Shown here piece by piece: positions 29,062 through 42,615 of a DNA stretch of 64,000 nt. Positions within the stretch are counted from its first letter, which is position 1; the number at the start of each line of letters is the position of its first letter. The notes under the pieces were generated by a model, which made no database searches, was not told where the DNA came from, and saw only the letters and a list, made by a program, of their open reading frames with translations. Made by a program: the position numbers and the translations under genes. This DNA is from the human T2T-CHM13v2.0 reference genome, Homo sapiens, in the NCBI RefSeq assembly GCF_009914755.1, contig NC_060929.1; one strand, written 5' to 3'.

Positions 29062-31494
29062 ATGGCGAATCGGCTACAGCGCGGGGACCGCAGTCGGCTG
29101 CTGCTGCTGCTGTGCATTTTCCTGGGGACGCTGCGGGGGTTCCGGGCCAGGCAGATCCGATATTCGGTGCCAGAAGAGACCGAAAAGGGCTCCTTCGTGG
29201 GCAATATCTCCAAGGACCTGGGGCTGGAGCCCCGGGAGCTGGCGAAGCGCGGAGTCCGCATCGTCTCCAGAGGGAAGACACAGCTTTTCGCTGTGAATCC
29301 GCGAAGCGGCAGCTTGATCACGGCAGGCAGGATAGACCGGGAGGAGCTCTGTGAGACGGTGTCCTCCTGTTTTTTAAATATGGAACTTCTCGTGGAAGAC
29401 ACCTTGAAGATTTACGGAGTGGAGGTGGAAATAATAGATATTAATGATAACGCCCCCAGCTTCCAGGAGGACGAAGTGGAGATAAAAGTCAGTGAGCACG
29501 CAATTCCTGGGGCGCGATTTGCTCTTCCTAATGCTAGGGATCCAGATGTGGGCGTGAACTCCCTCCAGAGCTACCAGCTCAGCCCTAATAATTACTTTTC
29601 CTTGCAACTGCGGGGCAGAACGGATGGGGCCAAGAATCCAGAGCTAGTACTGGAGGGAAGCCTGGACCGAGAGAAAGAGGCTGCTCACCTGCTCCTCCTC
29701 ACAGCTTTAGATGGAGGCGATCCCATCCGAAAGGGCGCAGTTCCCATTCGTGTGGTGGTCCTCGATGTAAATGATCACATCCCAATGTTTACACAGTCCG
29801 TATATCGCGTGAGTGTTCCAGAAAACATCAGCTCCGGAACTCGGGTGCTGATGGTTAATGCAACGGATCCAGACGAGGGAATCAACGGGGAAGTAATGTA
29901 TTCATTTCGGAACATGGAAAGCAAGGCTTCTGAAATATTCCAATTGGATTCACAAACTGGAGAAGTTCAAGTACGGGGGTCTCTGGATTTTGAAAAATAT
30001 AGATTCTATGAGATGGAAATTCAAGGCCAAGATGGTGGAGGTCTCTTTACCACCACGACGATGTTGATCACTGTTGTGGATGTGAATGATAACGCTCCAG
30101 AAATAACTATCACCTCTTCTATTAATTCAATTCTGGAAAACTCTCCTCCAGGTACAGTGATTGCTCTTCTAAATGTGCAAGATCAAGATTCTGGAGAAAA
30201 TGGTCAAGTCTCCTGTTTTATTCCTAACCACCTGCCTTTTAAATTAGAAAAGACTTATGGAAATTATTACAAATTGATAACAAGCAGAGTGCTGGACAGG
30301 GAGTTGGTCCAGAGCTACAATATAACGTTGACAGCCACAGACCAGGGAAGCCCGCCTTTGTCTGCAGAAACTCATGTCTGGCTGAATGTGGCAGATGACA
30401 ACGATAACCCTCCCGTTTTTCCTCACTCCTCTTACTCTGCCTACATTCCCGAAAACAACCCCAGGGGTGCCTCCATCTTCTCAGTGACCGCCCTCGACCC
30501 GGACAGCAAACAGAATGCCCTGGTCACTTACTCTCTGACGGATGACACTGTCCAGGGGGTGCCTCTGTCCTCCTATGTCTCTATTAACTCCAACACTGGT
30601 GTTCTCTATGCCCTACAATCCTTCGACTATGAGCAGTTTCGAGACTTAGAACTGAGAGTGATAGCACGTGACAGCGGGGACCCGCCCCTCAGCAGCAACG
30701 TGTCGCTGAGCCTGTTCGTGCTAGACCAGAACGACAATGCGCCCGAGATCCTGTACCCTGCCCTCCCCACAGACGGCTCCACTGGCGTGGAGCTGGCGCC
30801 CCGCTCTGCGGAACCTGGCTACCTGGTGACCAAGGTGGTTGCGGTGGACAAAGATTCAGGCCAGAACGCCTGGCTGTCCTATCGCCTGCTTAAGGCCAGC
30901 GAGCCGGGACTCTTCGCGGTGGGGGAGCACACGGGCGAGGTGCGTACAGCGCGGGCACTGCTGGACAGAGACGCGCTCAAGCAGAGCCTTGTGGTGGCCG
31001 TCCAGGACCACGGCCAGCCCCCTCTCTCGGCCACCGTCACGCTCACCGTGGCTGTGGCCGACAGCATCCCCGAAGTCCTGGCGGACCTCGGCAGCCTCGA
31101 GTCTCTGGCTAACTCTGAAACCTCAGACCTCTCGCTGTACTTGGTGGTGGCGGTGGCCGCAGTCTCCTGCATCTTCCTGGTCTTTGTCATCGTGCTGCTG
31201 GCACTCAGGCTGTGGCGCTGGCATAAGTCACGCCTGCTGCAGGCTTCTGAAGGCGGGTTGGCAGGTATGCCCACGTCACATTTTGTAGGCGTGGACGGGG
31301 TACAGGCTTTCCTGCAAACCTATTCCCACGAGGTCTCTCTCATTGCGGACTCGCAGAAGAGTCACCTGATTTTCCCCCAGCCCAACTATGGGGACACGCT
31401 CATCAGCCAGGAGAGCTGTGAGAAAAGCGAGCCACTCTTGATAGCTGAAGACTCAGCTATCATTTTAGGCAAATGTGACCCGACAAGTAATCAG
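29062..31494 (+). CDS. PCDHGA11: Protocadherin gamma A11 variable exon
   Basis: GCCATGG Kozak; [16 protein letters not shown] start; 811 codons ending CAG|GTGAGA. Confidence 0.93.
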
Positions 31495-33843
31495 GTGAGA
31501 TTTATTTCTCTGCCTCCTAATTGTTGGTGTCTTGGCACAAGTCTTTTAAGGAGATGTTTTTTGAGCCTGTTATGAAAACTGTTTGGGGGGGGGCGGTGGG
31601 GCGGCATATATTTAGTTCATATATATTTAGAGCAATACATGTGAGTTTTACTTTGCCTTTCATGAGATTACGATAATCTTTCAGAACGTTTTTGTGAAAG
31701 TCATTTTTCAATCTTGGCATATTTTCTTTTGATTTCAAAGGGGCCATTCAACTATGCTGGCTTGGTTTGAAGTAAGTTGAATTTTAGTATTATTTTTCTA
31801 TTATCAGTGTATGAGGCTCTCAATTTATTATATATAGATACAAATTAATGATTCACAAACACTTTTTATTTCCATTTCAATTTTGCTGTGCCTTCACTGA
31901 TTTGTAGTTATATTCCACCATTATTTGCTATTACTGCTAATGTTCAAATTTTGATCCTGTTGATTTAATAGCATGCTCCCTCTAGCTCTCCTTCTCATCT
32001 ATCTATCTATACACATGCACACACACTTATACACGTAAGCTTTTCTCTGAGCAATTTTATTTTGATTCTTGGTGGCTGGTAATATGCTTAGATCCTGTTG
32101 ACTATTTCAACTTTGTCTCATTTCTTCATCCTATCAACACAGACATATTGACTGGCTTTTAACTACTGGATTTCCTTGGGAGATAAAATTTAGATCACAT
32201 TTTTTCTTAAGCTCTAGATGTCTTTTCCATTACTATGGTGAAGTTACATTGACTGTTCTGAGGAAATAATTGAATTATTGAACTGGTATTATTTCCTTTT
32301 ATTCTTTTACTTTGGTGTCTGTGTTTGTATGTATGGAAGGTTTTTTAATGTAGTAAATCCATATATAGAAATAACTTGATTTTGATTCAGTGCTTCTCAA
32401 AAACCTATTTTCAAATGTGCTAAAGATGTCTACAGATTTATTCAAATAGAGTAGTTTGTGAATATATAAATAGATTGAAGGTATTTGGACTTTAATTAAA
32501 CTGATTTAGCTAGTATCCTTCTGGCTATTTTTTTGTTCATTTTCAGTGTAGTTGGGAGTCATAGATTCCTTCTTTCTTTCTTTATAAGGTCATTCTTATG
32601 GCAAATAGTACATTCAGTTCTTTTATTCAGACCAACTTGTTATTGAAGCTTGATAGTTGCCTGACATACATGTTATCTGAAGCAATGTCTAGGAAAGCCA
32701 AATGAGGAAAGGAGACTTATCTAGGGTTTTTGATCACAGGAATCATTTCCATAATCAATTCAGTCAACACTCTCACATCACTTCTAGGTATTTGCCCCAG
32801 ATTACTTGGATATTTATGTTCCCTTTCAAGTTTAGTTTTCTCATTTAGGAATTTACCTTATGTCATTAGTTGTAAACTGACTATCTAGGGCTCGGACAAA
32901 AATAATTTCAACTGTAGGAAAGGCAAGTCTTCCAACAGATGCCTACATTTTTCTTGAAGTCAAGAAAAATGTTCAGGTATTTTGAGCATCTAGGGATAGG
33001 ATTTATACTTGTGGAATTCCAAACTGAGAAAAATGATGTAAGGCATTGTACTTTGACTGGAATTAGTTAAATAAAAAGGATATGAGGTATTTGGCTGGGA
33101 AAAGGAGATTGTTCCATATTATAAAACCTCATCTAAACTAACTTCCCAAGATCGTGGAGAACAAAAAGGAAGGGTTGGCTTTGAAATGTGATATTAAGAG
33201 GGTTATGTTGATTCGGAGGTAGTGATAAAGTTCTGTTAAGGTATAACATATAGTCCCATTAAATAGAGGATAAAAATAAAACACCATCACATTTCATGTT
33301 ATTAATTCCTATGGCAACCTACTAGGCTATACCTTTATATTCTCTTTATGATGAAACATGAAACAATAATCCTTTTCAGAAACCTCTTTTATAAGTGATA
33401 AGAAGGGTTTGGCTAACTTTATTCTGAATATGCCCTATATAGCTTTCAGTGCTCCTCCAGTTTTCTCTGATAAAACTAGGAGGAAAATTATCTGCACATC
33501 AGATTGAAAATAATACTGCATATCATTTCATAGTGGTCAAAATTTTCCCATACCACTTGATGGGGATGTTTTCCCACAAGGTTTTTGTTCTACAACAGGA
33601 GAGAAGACTTTGCCTAGTTCTTCCAATATGTGCATTGCTTCTGCTTAGAAAAAAACAAACTTTTAAATTCTCTTTGCTGGGTTAATGACTGTTCTATAGA
33701 TTCCCATCTCTAAGGAATCTTCTTTGGTAGTAAACACTGGAAAACAGTCACTACCAAAACTCATAAAATGTCTAGTTTCCTATACATTAGTCCAACACAT
33801 CAGTCTAATTCTGAATCCCATTGAATTAGCAAAGGCTTCCGGC

Positions 33844-33884
33844 TGCAGTTTTCTAAATAGACTCAGAGCCCTGCTGTTGGCCAA
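33844..33884 (+). promoter_or_regulatory. Degenerate CSE of PCDHGB8P
   Basis: TGCAGTTTTC...GACTCAGAGCCCTGCTGTTGGCCAAT; same 28-bp spacing, both CpGs lost. Confidence 0.75.
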
Positions 33885-34112
33885 TGTGCTGCAAGAACTG
33901 GAGCCTGGGATCTACCAGGACGATATTCTGTTCAGTCACAGAAGCAAGTCGGAGAGTGGCCAAGACTTGGGCTTTCTGCTCCTGCAAATCTGATTCCATA
34001 CGGATTGGGGTGCCCTCAAACTGGGAGCATTGAGTTTTCTATGTATGGAAGTAAATATTTTAAAAGCACTTTGTGAAACATTTTCTCTTAACGTCGGAGA
34101 CTGCAGCAACGC

Positions 34113-36482
34113 ATGGGAAGGATGGGAAACAGGGTGAAGCAGAGAAGCAGGACCCGGCAGTGGCAAGCACTCTTCCCTTTCCTGCTGCCTTTGTTCTGCG
34201 GGGCACCCTCGGAGCAGATCCGCTACTCTATTCCAGAAGAAACGGTCCAGGGCTCCGTGGTGGGGAACCTTGCGGAGGACATGCGGCTGCATGTTCAGGA
34301 TTTATTGACCTGAAACCTTAGAGTTAGTGCAGAGAAACAATACTTTACCGTGAACACGGAGAATGGGAACATACTTGTGAGTGACAGAATAGATCGAGAG
34401 TCACTGTCTTCAAAATCCTCTGTGTCATACCCTTAGAGATTGTAGCAGAGAATCCTCTAAATGTTTTTCACATAAATGTGATGATAGAAGATATAAATGA
34501 TAACCCACCTCATTTTCCCCAAAATAGCCTTGTTTTACAAATCAATGAACTAGCAATTCCAGGCATTCAGTTTGGCCTGGAATCTGCTATAGATGCAGAT
34601 GTAGGGCCTCACTCTCTCCAGAGTTACCAGCTCAGTTCTAATGAACATTTCTCTCTGATGATGGACAAGACTAAAGGCAAGAACGCTCCAGAATTAGTGC
34701 TGGAGAAGCCCCTGGGCCAGGAGCAACAGAGCTCTCATCTCCTGGTCCTGGAAGCAATGGACATGGGTGACCCAGTCCCAACTGGCACTGCTGCAATTCA
34801 AATTGAGGTCACTGATGCCAACGATAATGCCCCAGTTTTTAGCCAGGATGTATACAAAGTCAGCCTTAGAGAGAATGTGCCCCCAGGCACCTCTGTACTA
34901 AAGGTGACAGCCACTGACCAGGATGAGGGTGTCAATGCGGAGATCACCTACTCTTTCAAATCCCTACGAGATGATATTGGAAATATGTTTGTGCTAGACC
35001 ATCAAAATGGGGAAATTAAATCCAAAGACTTAATAGACTTCGAATTTCGTAGCAGTTATACCATGAGAGTAGAAGCTAAGGATGGTGGAGGCATGACCAG
35101 CGAATGTAAAATTATACTAGAAATCCTAGATGAGAATGACAATGCCCCAGACGTGGTTTTTACTTCAGTGTCCAGTTCTGTAACTGAGGACGCAGAACCC
35201 TGGACGGTGATCACTCTGTTCAAAACACATGATAAAGATTCGAGAGAAAATGGGGAGGTTACATGCCTCATAAACGAAAGAGTTCCTTTCAGAATCGAAT
35301 CTTCCGCCAATAATGACTATAAGCTTGTAACAGATGGGACCCTGGATTGGGAGCGGATCCCGGAGTACAACGTCACCATCACTGCCACTGACAAGGGCAA
35401 GCCTCCGCTCTCATCCAGCACAAGCCTCACCCTACGCATTGGTGAAGTCAACGACAATGCTCCGGTTTTCCACCAAGTCTCCTACGTGGTCCACGTGGCC
35501 GAAAACAACCTTCCCGGAGCCTCCATCCCACAAGTCAGCGCCTCTGACCTGGACCTAGGGCTGAATGGCCAAGTCTCCTACTCCATCGTTACCACTGACT
35601 TGGAGCTGCGGGCACTGTCGTCCTACGTGTCCGTGAGCGCACAGAGCGGGGTGGTGGTCGCGCAGCGTGCCTTCGACCACGAGCAGCTGTGCGCCTTCGA
35701 GCTCACGATGCAGGCCCACGACCAGGGCTCGCCCGCGCTCAGCGCCAACATGAGCCGGCGCATGTTGGTGGGCGACCTCAATGACAATGTGCCGCGGGTG
35801 CTGTACCCCGCGCTGGGGCCCGATGGCTCCGCACTCTTCGATATAGTGCCACGCGCCGCAGAGTCCGGCTACCTGGTGACCAAGGTGGTGGCGGTGGACG
35901 CAGATTCGGGACACAACGCTTGGCTGTCCTACCACGTGCTGCAGGCCATCGAGCCCGGGCTTTTCAGCCTGGGGCTGCACACGGGAACCTGCTGGTTGCT
36001 GTGCGTGACGGAGGACAGCCGCCGCTCTCTGCGCCGCTACGCTTCACCTAGTCTTCGCAGACAGCCTGCAGGAGGCACTGCCAGACTTCAGTGACAGTCC
36101 TGTGCCCTCTGATTCCCAAGCAAAGCTGCAGATTTACCTGGTCGTGGCCTTGGCCTTGATTTCTATGCTCTTCTTCCTCGCAGTGATTTTGGCGGTCGCC
36201 TTGCACCTGCGATGCTCTTCCAGCCCCTCTGCCTGGGGTTGCTTTCACCCTGGTCTCTGTTCTAAGACTAGACCAGGGGTTTTTCCCAACTACAATGAGG
36301 GAACTTTGCTTTATTCCTGCAATCTGTATGTTCCCTCGGATTCTAGAAAAAGAAGATTTAATTTTCTCACCATGACACCAGAAACAGTCCCCCCACAAGA
36401 TCTTTCTAATGAAGTTTCTCTGGTAGCAAGCTTCACTGAAGAGAATAACAAGATAAGCTCTAACTCTGTTGCTCCTACTCAC
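34113..36482 (+). pseudogene. PCDHGB8P: Protocadherin gamma B8 pseudogene
   Basis: B-type homology; TGA at 34311; frameshift ~34405-34425; net 49-bp deletion at ~35987 versus B5; further 1-bp deletion ~36033; retains CAC|GTGAGT donor. Confidence 0.9.
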
Positions 36483-36608
36483 GTGAGTTCCAATGAATGT
36501 CTTTCATTTACAAATGGATGAGGTTTAATTTTCAAACCAATATTTTGGCAAGAAAATCTTAAACATATTATATCTACTATTGCTTCAGGTTTGTTTGCCC
36601 ACTCTTAA

Positions 36609-36988
<380 letters not shown>

Positions 36989-37001
36989 CGGAGACATTGT
37001 T

Positions 37002-37004
<3 letters not shown>

Positions 37005-37036
<32 letters not shown>
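37005..37036. repeat. (AC)n microsatellite
   Basis: ~16 AC units. Confidence 0.93.
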
Positions 37037-37039
<3 letters not shown>

Positions 37040-37209
37040 TGAAAAGTGGGTATTATGATACTGCTGTCATTGAGATATTTTAATTGAGGAATAAATTTTT
37101 TTCCTGTGATGTTTCTTGGGACATCAATATTTGAGTATATAAGGCTTTTTCTTTAATCCATTAACTATAAATTTTGAAGAAAATGCATGAGAAAATGGAG
37201 AAAATGTGT

Positions 37210-37345
37210 TTTTTTTTTTAAAAAAAATTGAGATTAAGGTCTCATTATGTTGCCCAGGCTGGACTCAAACTCTTGGGCTACAGTAATCCTCCCACCTCAA
37301 TCTCCAGAGTAGCTGAGACTACAGTTGCCTGAAACTGTGCCTGGC
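37210..37345 (-). mobile_element. Alu monomer fragment (FLAM-like)
   Basis: ggtctcattatgttgcccaggctggactcaaactc... Confidence 0.7.
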
Positions 37346-38346
37346 AGAGAAAAAAGCTTAAAAAAATAAGAACATGGTAATGATTTGATAATATTCAGTT
37401 ACATTTACTTTTGATTCTTGTAATTCAAGTAAACTCAATTTTATGTCTGATATTTTCTCACAGCTACCTATATATTTCTTCCGAATTTAAAATATATTAT
37501 TTTATTTTATGCCTAGCAAATATCTTTACAGTATAAATATTTACGCTCATGAAAGTACGTAGCCAGTTATTTCTTAGGGAGAATTTTTTCCCTATATTTT
37601 GATGGGCTTCCAAAAGTATTACCAGTAATTCTCAGTAATTACAATTAGGTCAGTTACCCAGGAAAAGGTAAGTCTGTAACATTCTTTGGACTACCAATTT
37701 TCTTTTACTAAGTTTCCTGAACAATAAATATTTTTGAAATATAATGTATTAATAGAATTCTGGAGTACTTCCATTATTTCCAGTCAATGCAAGTTGGAAT
37801 GCTTCTACTTTATGCTAAAAATATTAATGTTTCTTTTTCACTTGGGTTCTTGTTAAGTGTGATTCTGATAATGTATACAATCACATATCATTTTTAGGTT
37901 TCCATAATATCATGAAAATTTGATTTTTAAGCGTTACATGTCAACAACCTGGTAAAGTAATCCTTCCATTCAGGATCATTCAAGGAATCTATTTAAAAAT
38001 ATTTTCCCCAAATTATAGCTGAATCAGAAAGTTTAAATTATTATATTATATGATTTGTCAAAAAGAGAAACTCCTAGGGAGACATCTCCCATAATAGGTG
38101 TGTTGGGGGAACAGTAATCTCAAAGCAGATGCACTAACATTATAAGATTAAAATCATTGTTTATAGAAACTTCCAATTCATTTAAAAGCTCATTGGGGAA
38201 AAAAAAGCTCATTGGGAAAAAAAAAAAAAGCTCACTAAAGTTTCTATTAAAGCGAATACGGTAGATTTCCATCCCCTTTTGAAGAACAGTAGGTGGAGCT
38301 ATTTAAGATATAAAAACGAAATATCCTTTCTGGGAGTTCAAGATTG

Positions 38347-38388
38347 TGCAGTAATTGGTTAGGACTCTGAGCGCCGCTGTTCACCAAT
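38347..38388 (+). promoter_or_regulatory. PCDHGA12 promoter CSE (CTCF site)
   Basis: TGCAGTAATT...GGACTCTGAGCGCCGCTGTTCACCAAT; CGCT 38375-38378. Confidence 0.9.
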
Positions 38389-38592
38389 CGGGGAGAGAAA
38401 AGCGGAGATCCTGCTCGCCTTGCACGCGCCTGAAGCACAAAGCAGATAGCTAGGAATGAACCATCCCTGGGAGTATGTGGAAACAACGGAGGAGCTCTGA
38501 CTTCCCAACTGTCCCATTCTATGGGCGAAGGAACTGCTCCTGACTTCAGTGGTTAAGGGCAGAATTGAAAATAATTCTGGAGGAAGATAAGA

Positions 38593-41016
38593 ATGATTCC
38601 TGCGCGACTGCACCGGGACTACAAAGGGCTTGTCCTGCTGGGAATCCTCCTGGGGACTCTGTGGGAGACCGGATGCACCCAGATACGCTATTCAGTTCCG
38701 GAAGAGCTGGAGAAAGGCTCTAGGGTGGGCGACATCTCCAGGGACCTGGGGCTGGAGCCCCGGGAGCTCGCGGAGCGCGGAGTCCGCATCATCCCCAGAG
38801 GTAGGACGCAGCTTTTCGCCCTGAATCCGCGCAGCGGCAGCTTGGTCACGGCGGGCAGGATAGACCGGGAGGAGCTCTGTATGGGGGCCATCAAGTGTCA
38901 ATTAAATCTAGACATTCTGATGGAGGATAAAGTGAAAATATATGGAGTAGAAGTAGAAGTAAGGGACATTAACGACAATGCGCCTTACTTTCGTGAAAGT
39001 GAATTAGAAATAAAAATTAGTGAAAATGCAGCCACTGAGATGCGGTTCCCTCTACCCCACGCCTGGGATCCGGATATCGGGAAGAACTCTCTGCAGAGCT
39101 ACGAGCTCAGCCCGAACACTCACTTCTCCCTCATCGTGCAAAATGGAGCCGACGGTAGTAAGTACCCCGAATTGGTGCTGAAACGCGCCCTGGACCGCGA
39201 AGAAAAGGCTGCTCACCACCTGGTCCTTACGGCCTCCGACGGGGGCGACCCGGTGCGCACAGGCACCGCGCGCATCCGCGTGATGGTTCTGGATGCGAAC
39301 GACAACGCACCAGCGTTTGCTCAGCCCGAGTACCGCGCGAGCGTTCCGGAGAATCTGGCCTTGGGCACGCAGCTGCTTGTAGTCAACGCTACCGACCCTG
39401 ACGAAGGAGTCAATGCGGAAGTGAGGTATTCCTTCCGGTATGTGGACGACAAGGCGGCCCAAGTTTTCAAACTAGATTGTAATTCAGGGACAATATCAAC
39501 AATAGGGGAGTTGGACCACGAGGAGTCAGGATTCTACCAGATGGAAGTGCAAGCAATGGATAATGCAGGATATTCTGCGCGAGCCAAAGTCCTGATCACT
39601 GTTCTGGACGTGAACGACAATGCCCCAGAAGTGGTCCTCACCTCTCTCGCCAGCTCGGTTCCCGAAAACTCTCCCAGAGGGACATTAATTGCCCTTTTAA
39701 ATGTAAATGACCAAGATTCTGAGGAAAACGGACAGGTGATCTGTTTCATCCAAGGAAATCTGCCCTTTAAATTAGAAAAATCTTACGGAAATTACTATAG
39801 TTTAGTCACAGACATAGTCTTGGATAGGGAACAGGTTCCTAGCTACAACATCACAGTGACCGCCACTGACCGGGGAACCCCGCCCCTATCCACGGAAACT
39901 CATATCTCGCTGAACGTGGCAGACACCAACGACAACCCGCCGGTCTTCCCTCAGGCCTCCTATTCCGCTTATATCCCAGAGAACAATCCCAGAGGAGTTT
40001 CCCTCGTCTCTGTGACCGCCCACGACCCCGACTGTGAAGAGAACGCCCAGATCACTTATTCCCTGGCTGAGAACACCATCCAAGGGGCAAGCCTATCGTC
40101 CTACGTGTCCATCAACTCCGACACTGGGGTACTGTATGCGCTGAGCTCCTTCGACTACGAGCAGTTCCGAGACTTGCAAGTGAAAGTGATGGCGCGGGAC
40201 AACGGGCACCCGCCCCTCAGCAGCAACGTGTCGTTGAGCCTGTTCGTGCTGGACCAGAACGACAATGCGCCCGAGATCCTGTACCCCGCCCTCCCCACGG
40301 ACGGTTCCACTGGCGTGGAGCTGGCTCCCCGCTCCGCAGAGCCCGGCTACCTGGTGACCAAGGTGGTGGCGGTGGACAGAGACTCCGGCCAGAACGCCTG
40401 GCTGTCCTACCGTCTGCTCAAGGCCAGCGAGCCGGGACTCTTCTCGGTGGGTCTGCACACGGGCGAGGTGCGCACGGCGCGAGCCCTGCTGGACAGAGAC
40501 GCGCTCAAGCAGAGCCTCGTAGTGGCCGTCCAGGACCACGGCCAGCCCCCTCTCTCCGCCACTGTCACGCTCACCGTGGCCGTGGCCGACAGCATCCCCC
40601 AAGTCCTGGCGGACCTCGGCAGCCTCGAGTCTCCAGCTAACTCTGAAACCTCAGACCTCACTCTGTACCTGGTGGTAGCGGTGGCCGCGGTCTCCTGCGT
40701 CTTCCTGGCCTTCGTCATCTTGCTGCTGGCGCTCAGGCTGCGGCGCTGGCACAAGTCACGCCTGCTGCAGGCTTCAGGAGGCGGCTTGACAGGAGCGCCG
40801 GCGTCGCACTTTGTGGGCGTGGACGGGGTGCAGGCTTTCCTGCAGACCTATTCCCACGAGGTTTCCCTCACCACGGACTCGCGGAAGAGTCACCTGATCT
40901 TCCCCCAGCCCAACTATGCAGACATGCTCGTCAGCCAGGAGAGCTTTGAAAAAAGCGAGCCCCTTTTGCTGTCAGGTGATTCGGTATTTTCTAAAGACAG
41001 TCATGGGTTAATTGAG
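38593..41016 (+). CDS. PCDHGA12: Protocadherin gamma A12 variable exon
   Basis: [16 protein letters not shown] start; 808 codons ending GAG|GTGAGT. Confidence 0.93.
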
Positions 41017-41040
41017 GTGAGTTTATATCAAATCTTCTTT

Positions 41041-41191
41041 CTTTTTTTTTTTTAATTGCTCTGTCTCCCAAGCTGGAATGCAGCGGTACGATCATAGCTC
41101 ACTGCAGCCTCAAACTCCTAGGCTCAAGCAATTATCCCACCTTTGCCTCCGGTGTAACAGGGACTACAGGTGCAAGCCACCTACTGTCTGC

Positions 41192-41235
<44 letters not shown>

Positions 41236-41365
41236 TACTTTCTTGTACAGACAGGAGTCTCACTATGTTGAGCAGGCTGATCTGAAACTTGGGCTCAGGC
41301 TAGCCTCCTGCTTCTCCCTCCCAAACTGCTGGGATTACAGGCGTGAACCACAGTGCCCCGCCCTT
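41041..41365 (-). mobile_element. AluJ-like element with internal (CTAT)n STR at ~41192-41235
   Basis: Diverged Alu dimer; linker replaced by ~11 CTAT units. Confidence 0.82.
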
Positions 41366-41381
41366 ATCAGATATTCTTTTC

Positions 41382-41685
41382 TGGCTGGGCGCGGTGGCTC
41401 ACGCCTGTAATCCCAGTACTTTGGGAGGCCGAGGCGGGTGGATCACCTGAGGTTGGGAGTTTGAGACCAGCCTGACCAACATGGAGAAACCCCGTCTATA
41501 CTAAAAAAATACAAAATTAGCCGGGCGTGGTGGTGCATGTCTGTAATCCCAGCTACTTGGGAGGCTGAGTCAGGAGAATTGCTTTAACCTGGGAGGTGGA
41601 GGTTGCAATGAGCTGAGATTGTGCCATTGCACTCCAGCCTGGGCAACAAGAGTGAAACTCTATCTCAAAAAAAAAAAAAAAAAAA
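41382..41685 (+). mobile_element. AluSp/Sq-like element
   Basis: CCTGACCAACATGGAGAAACCCC and GGCAACAAGAGTGAAAC; A-tail. Confidence 0.9.
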
Positions 41686-42163
41686 CTTTATCCTCTAGTT
41701 TCATCCATTGATGACACTTGCTTTAATCACTTATTACAATCACCTCCAAATGAAGATTTTATAATTCCATTGTTTCTTCTACAGTTGTTAATTGGCTTTC
41801 TACCTTGAAGAAGAGTTTTATATTCTCTATATATGTTTGTTTCTATGATTCTGGAAGCATGGTTTTCTATTTTATTCAATGGCCTGTAATCTGTTAATAT
41901 CAATTATTTATTTTGATGCTGAAATTGTCCCAGGATTGGCCTTTGGGACTCCCTTTAGGCTGATTTCTATGTCCTTTCTGTTACAGCAAGCTTGGGATTA
42001 TATCCAAGATTTGTAATTCCAATGTACTTACTTCTGTCAGTGTAAACAAAGTACGATTTCTGGACTAGATGACTTGGGCATTGTGGGGGAGGTGGAAATT
42101 AGAGGTATTCTCTGTTTTTCCTGTAGGATCTTGCATTTCTTCCTCTTGCTGCTTGTCTCTTTG

Positions 42164-42615
42164 TGTCGGGAACAGGCCCCCCAAAATCTGGCCATAAACT
42201 GGCCCCAAAACTGGCCATAAACAAAATCTCTGCAGCACTGTGACATGTTCATGATGGCCGTAATGCCCATGCTGGAAGGTAGTGGGTTTACCGGAATGAG
42301 GGCAAGGAACACCTGGCCCGCCCAGGGCAGAAAACTGCTTAAAGGTGTTCTTAAACCACAAACAATAGCATGAGTGATCTGTGCCTTAAGGACATGCCCC
42401 TGCTGCAGATAACTACCTCAATCCATCCCTTTATTTCCGCCCATCTCTTCGTTTCCCATAAGGGATACTTTTAGTTAATCTAATATCTATAGAAATGATG
42501 CTAATGACTGGCTTGCTGTTAATAAATATGTGGGTAAATCTCTGTTCAGGGCTCTCAGCTCTGAAGGCTATGAGACCCCTGATTCCCCACTTCACACCTC
42601 TAAAAAAAAAAAAAA
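42164..42615 (+). mobile_element. MER9-type LTR (HERV-K HML-3), 3'-truncated and followed by poly(A)
   Basis: TGTCGGGAACAGGCCCCCCAAAATCTGGCCATAAACTGGCCCCAAAACTGGCCATAAAC...CACACCTCTA matches recalled MER9a consensus. Confidence 0.85.

Noticed and set aside
31584-31605. G-rich run after the A11 donor (possible G-quadruplex)
   Set aside because: Only two long G-tracts; insufficient evidence
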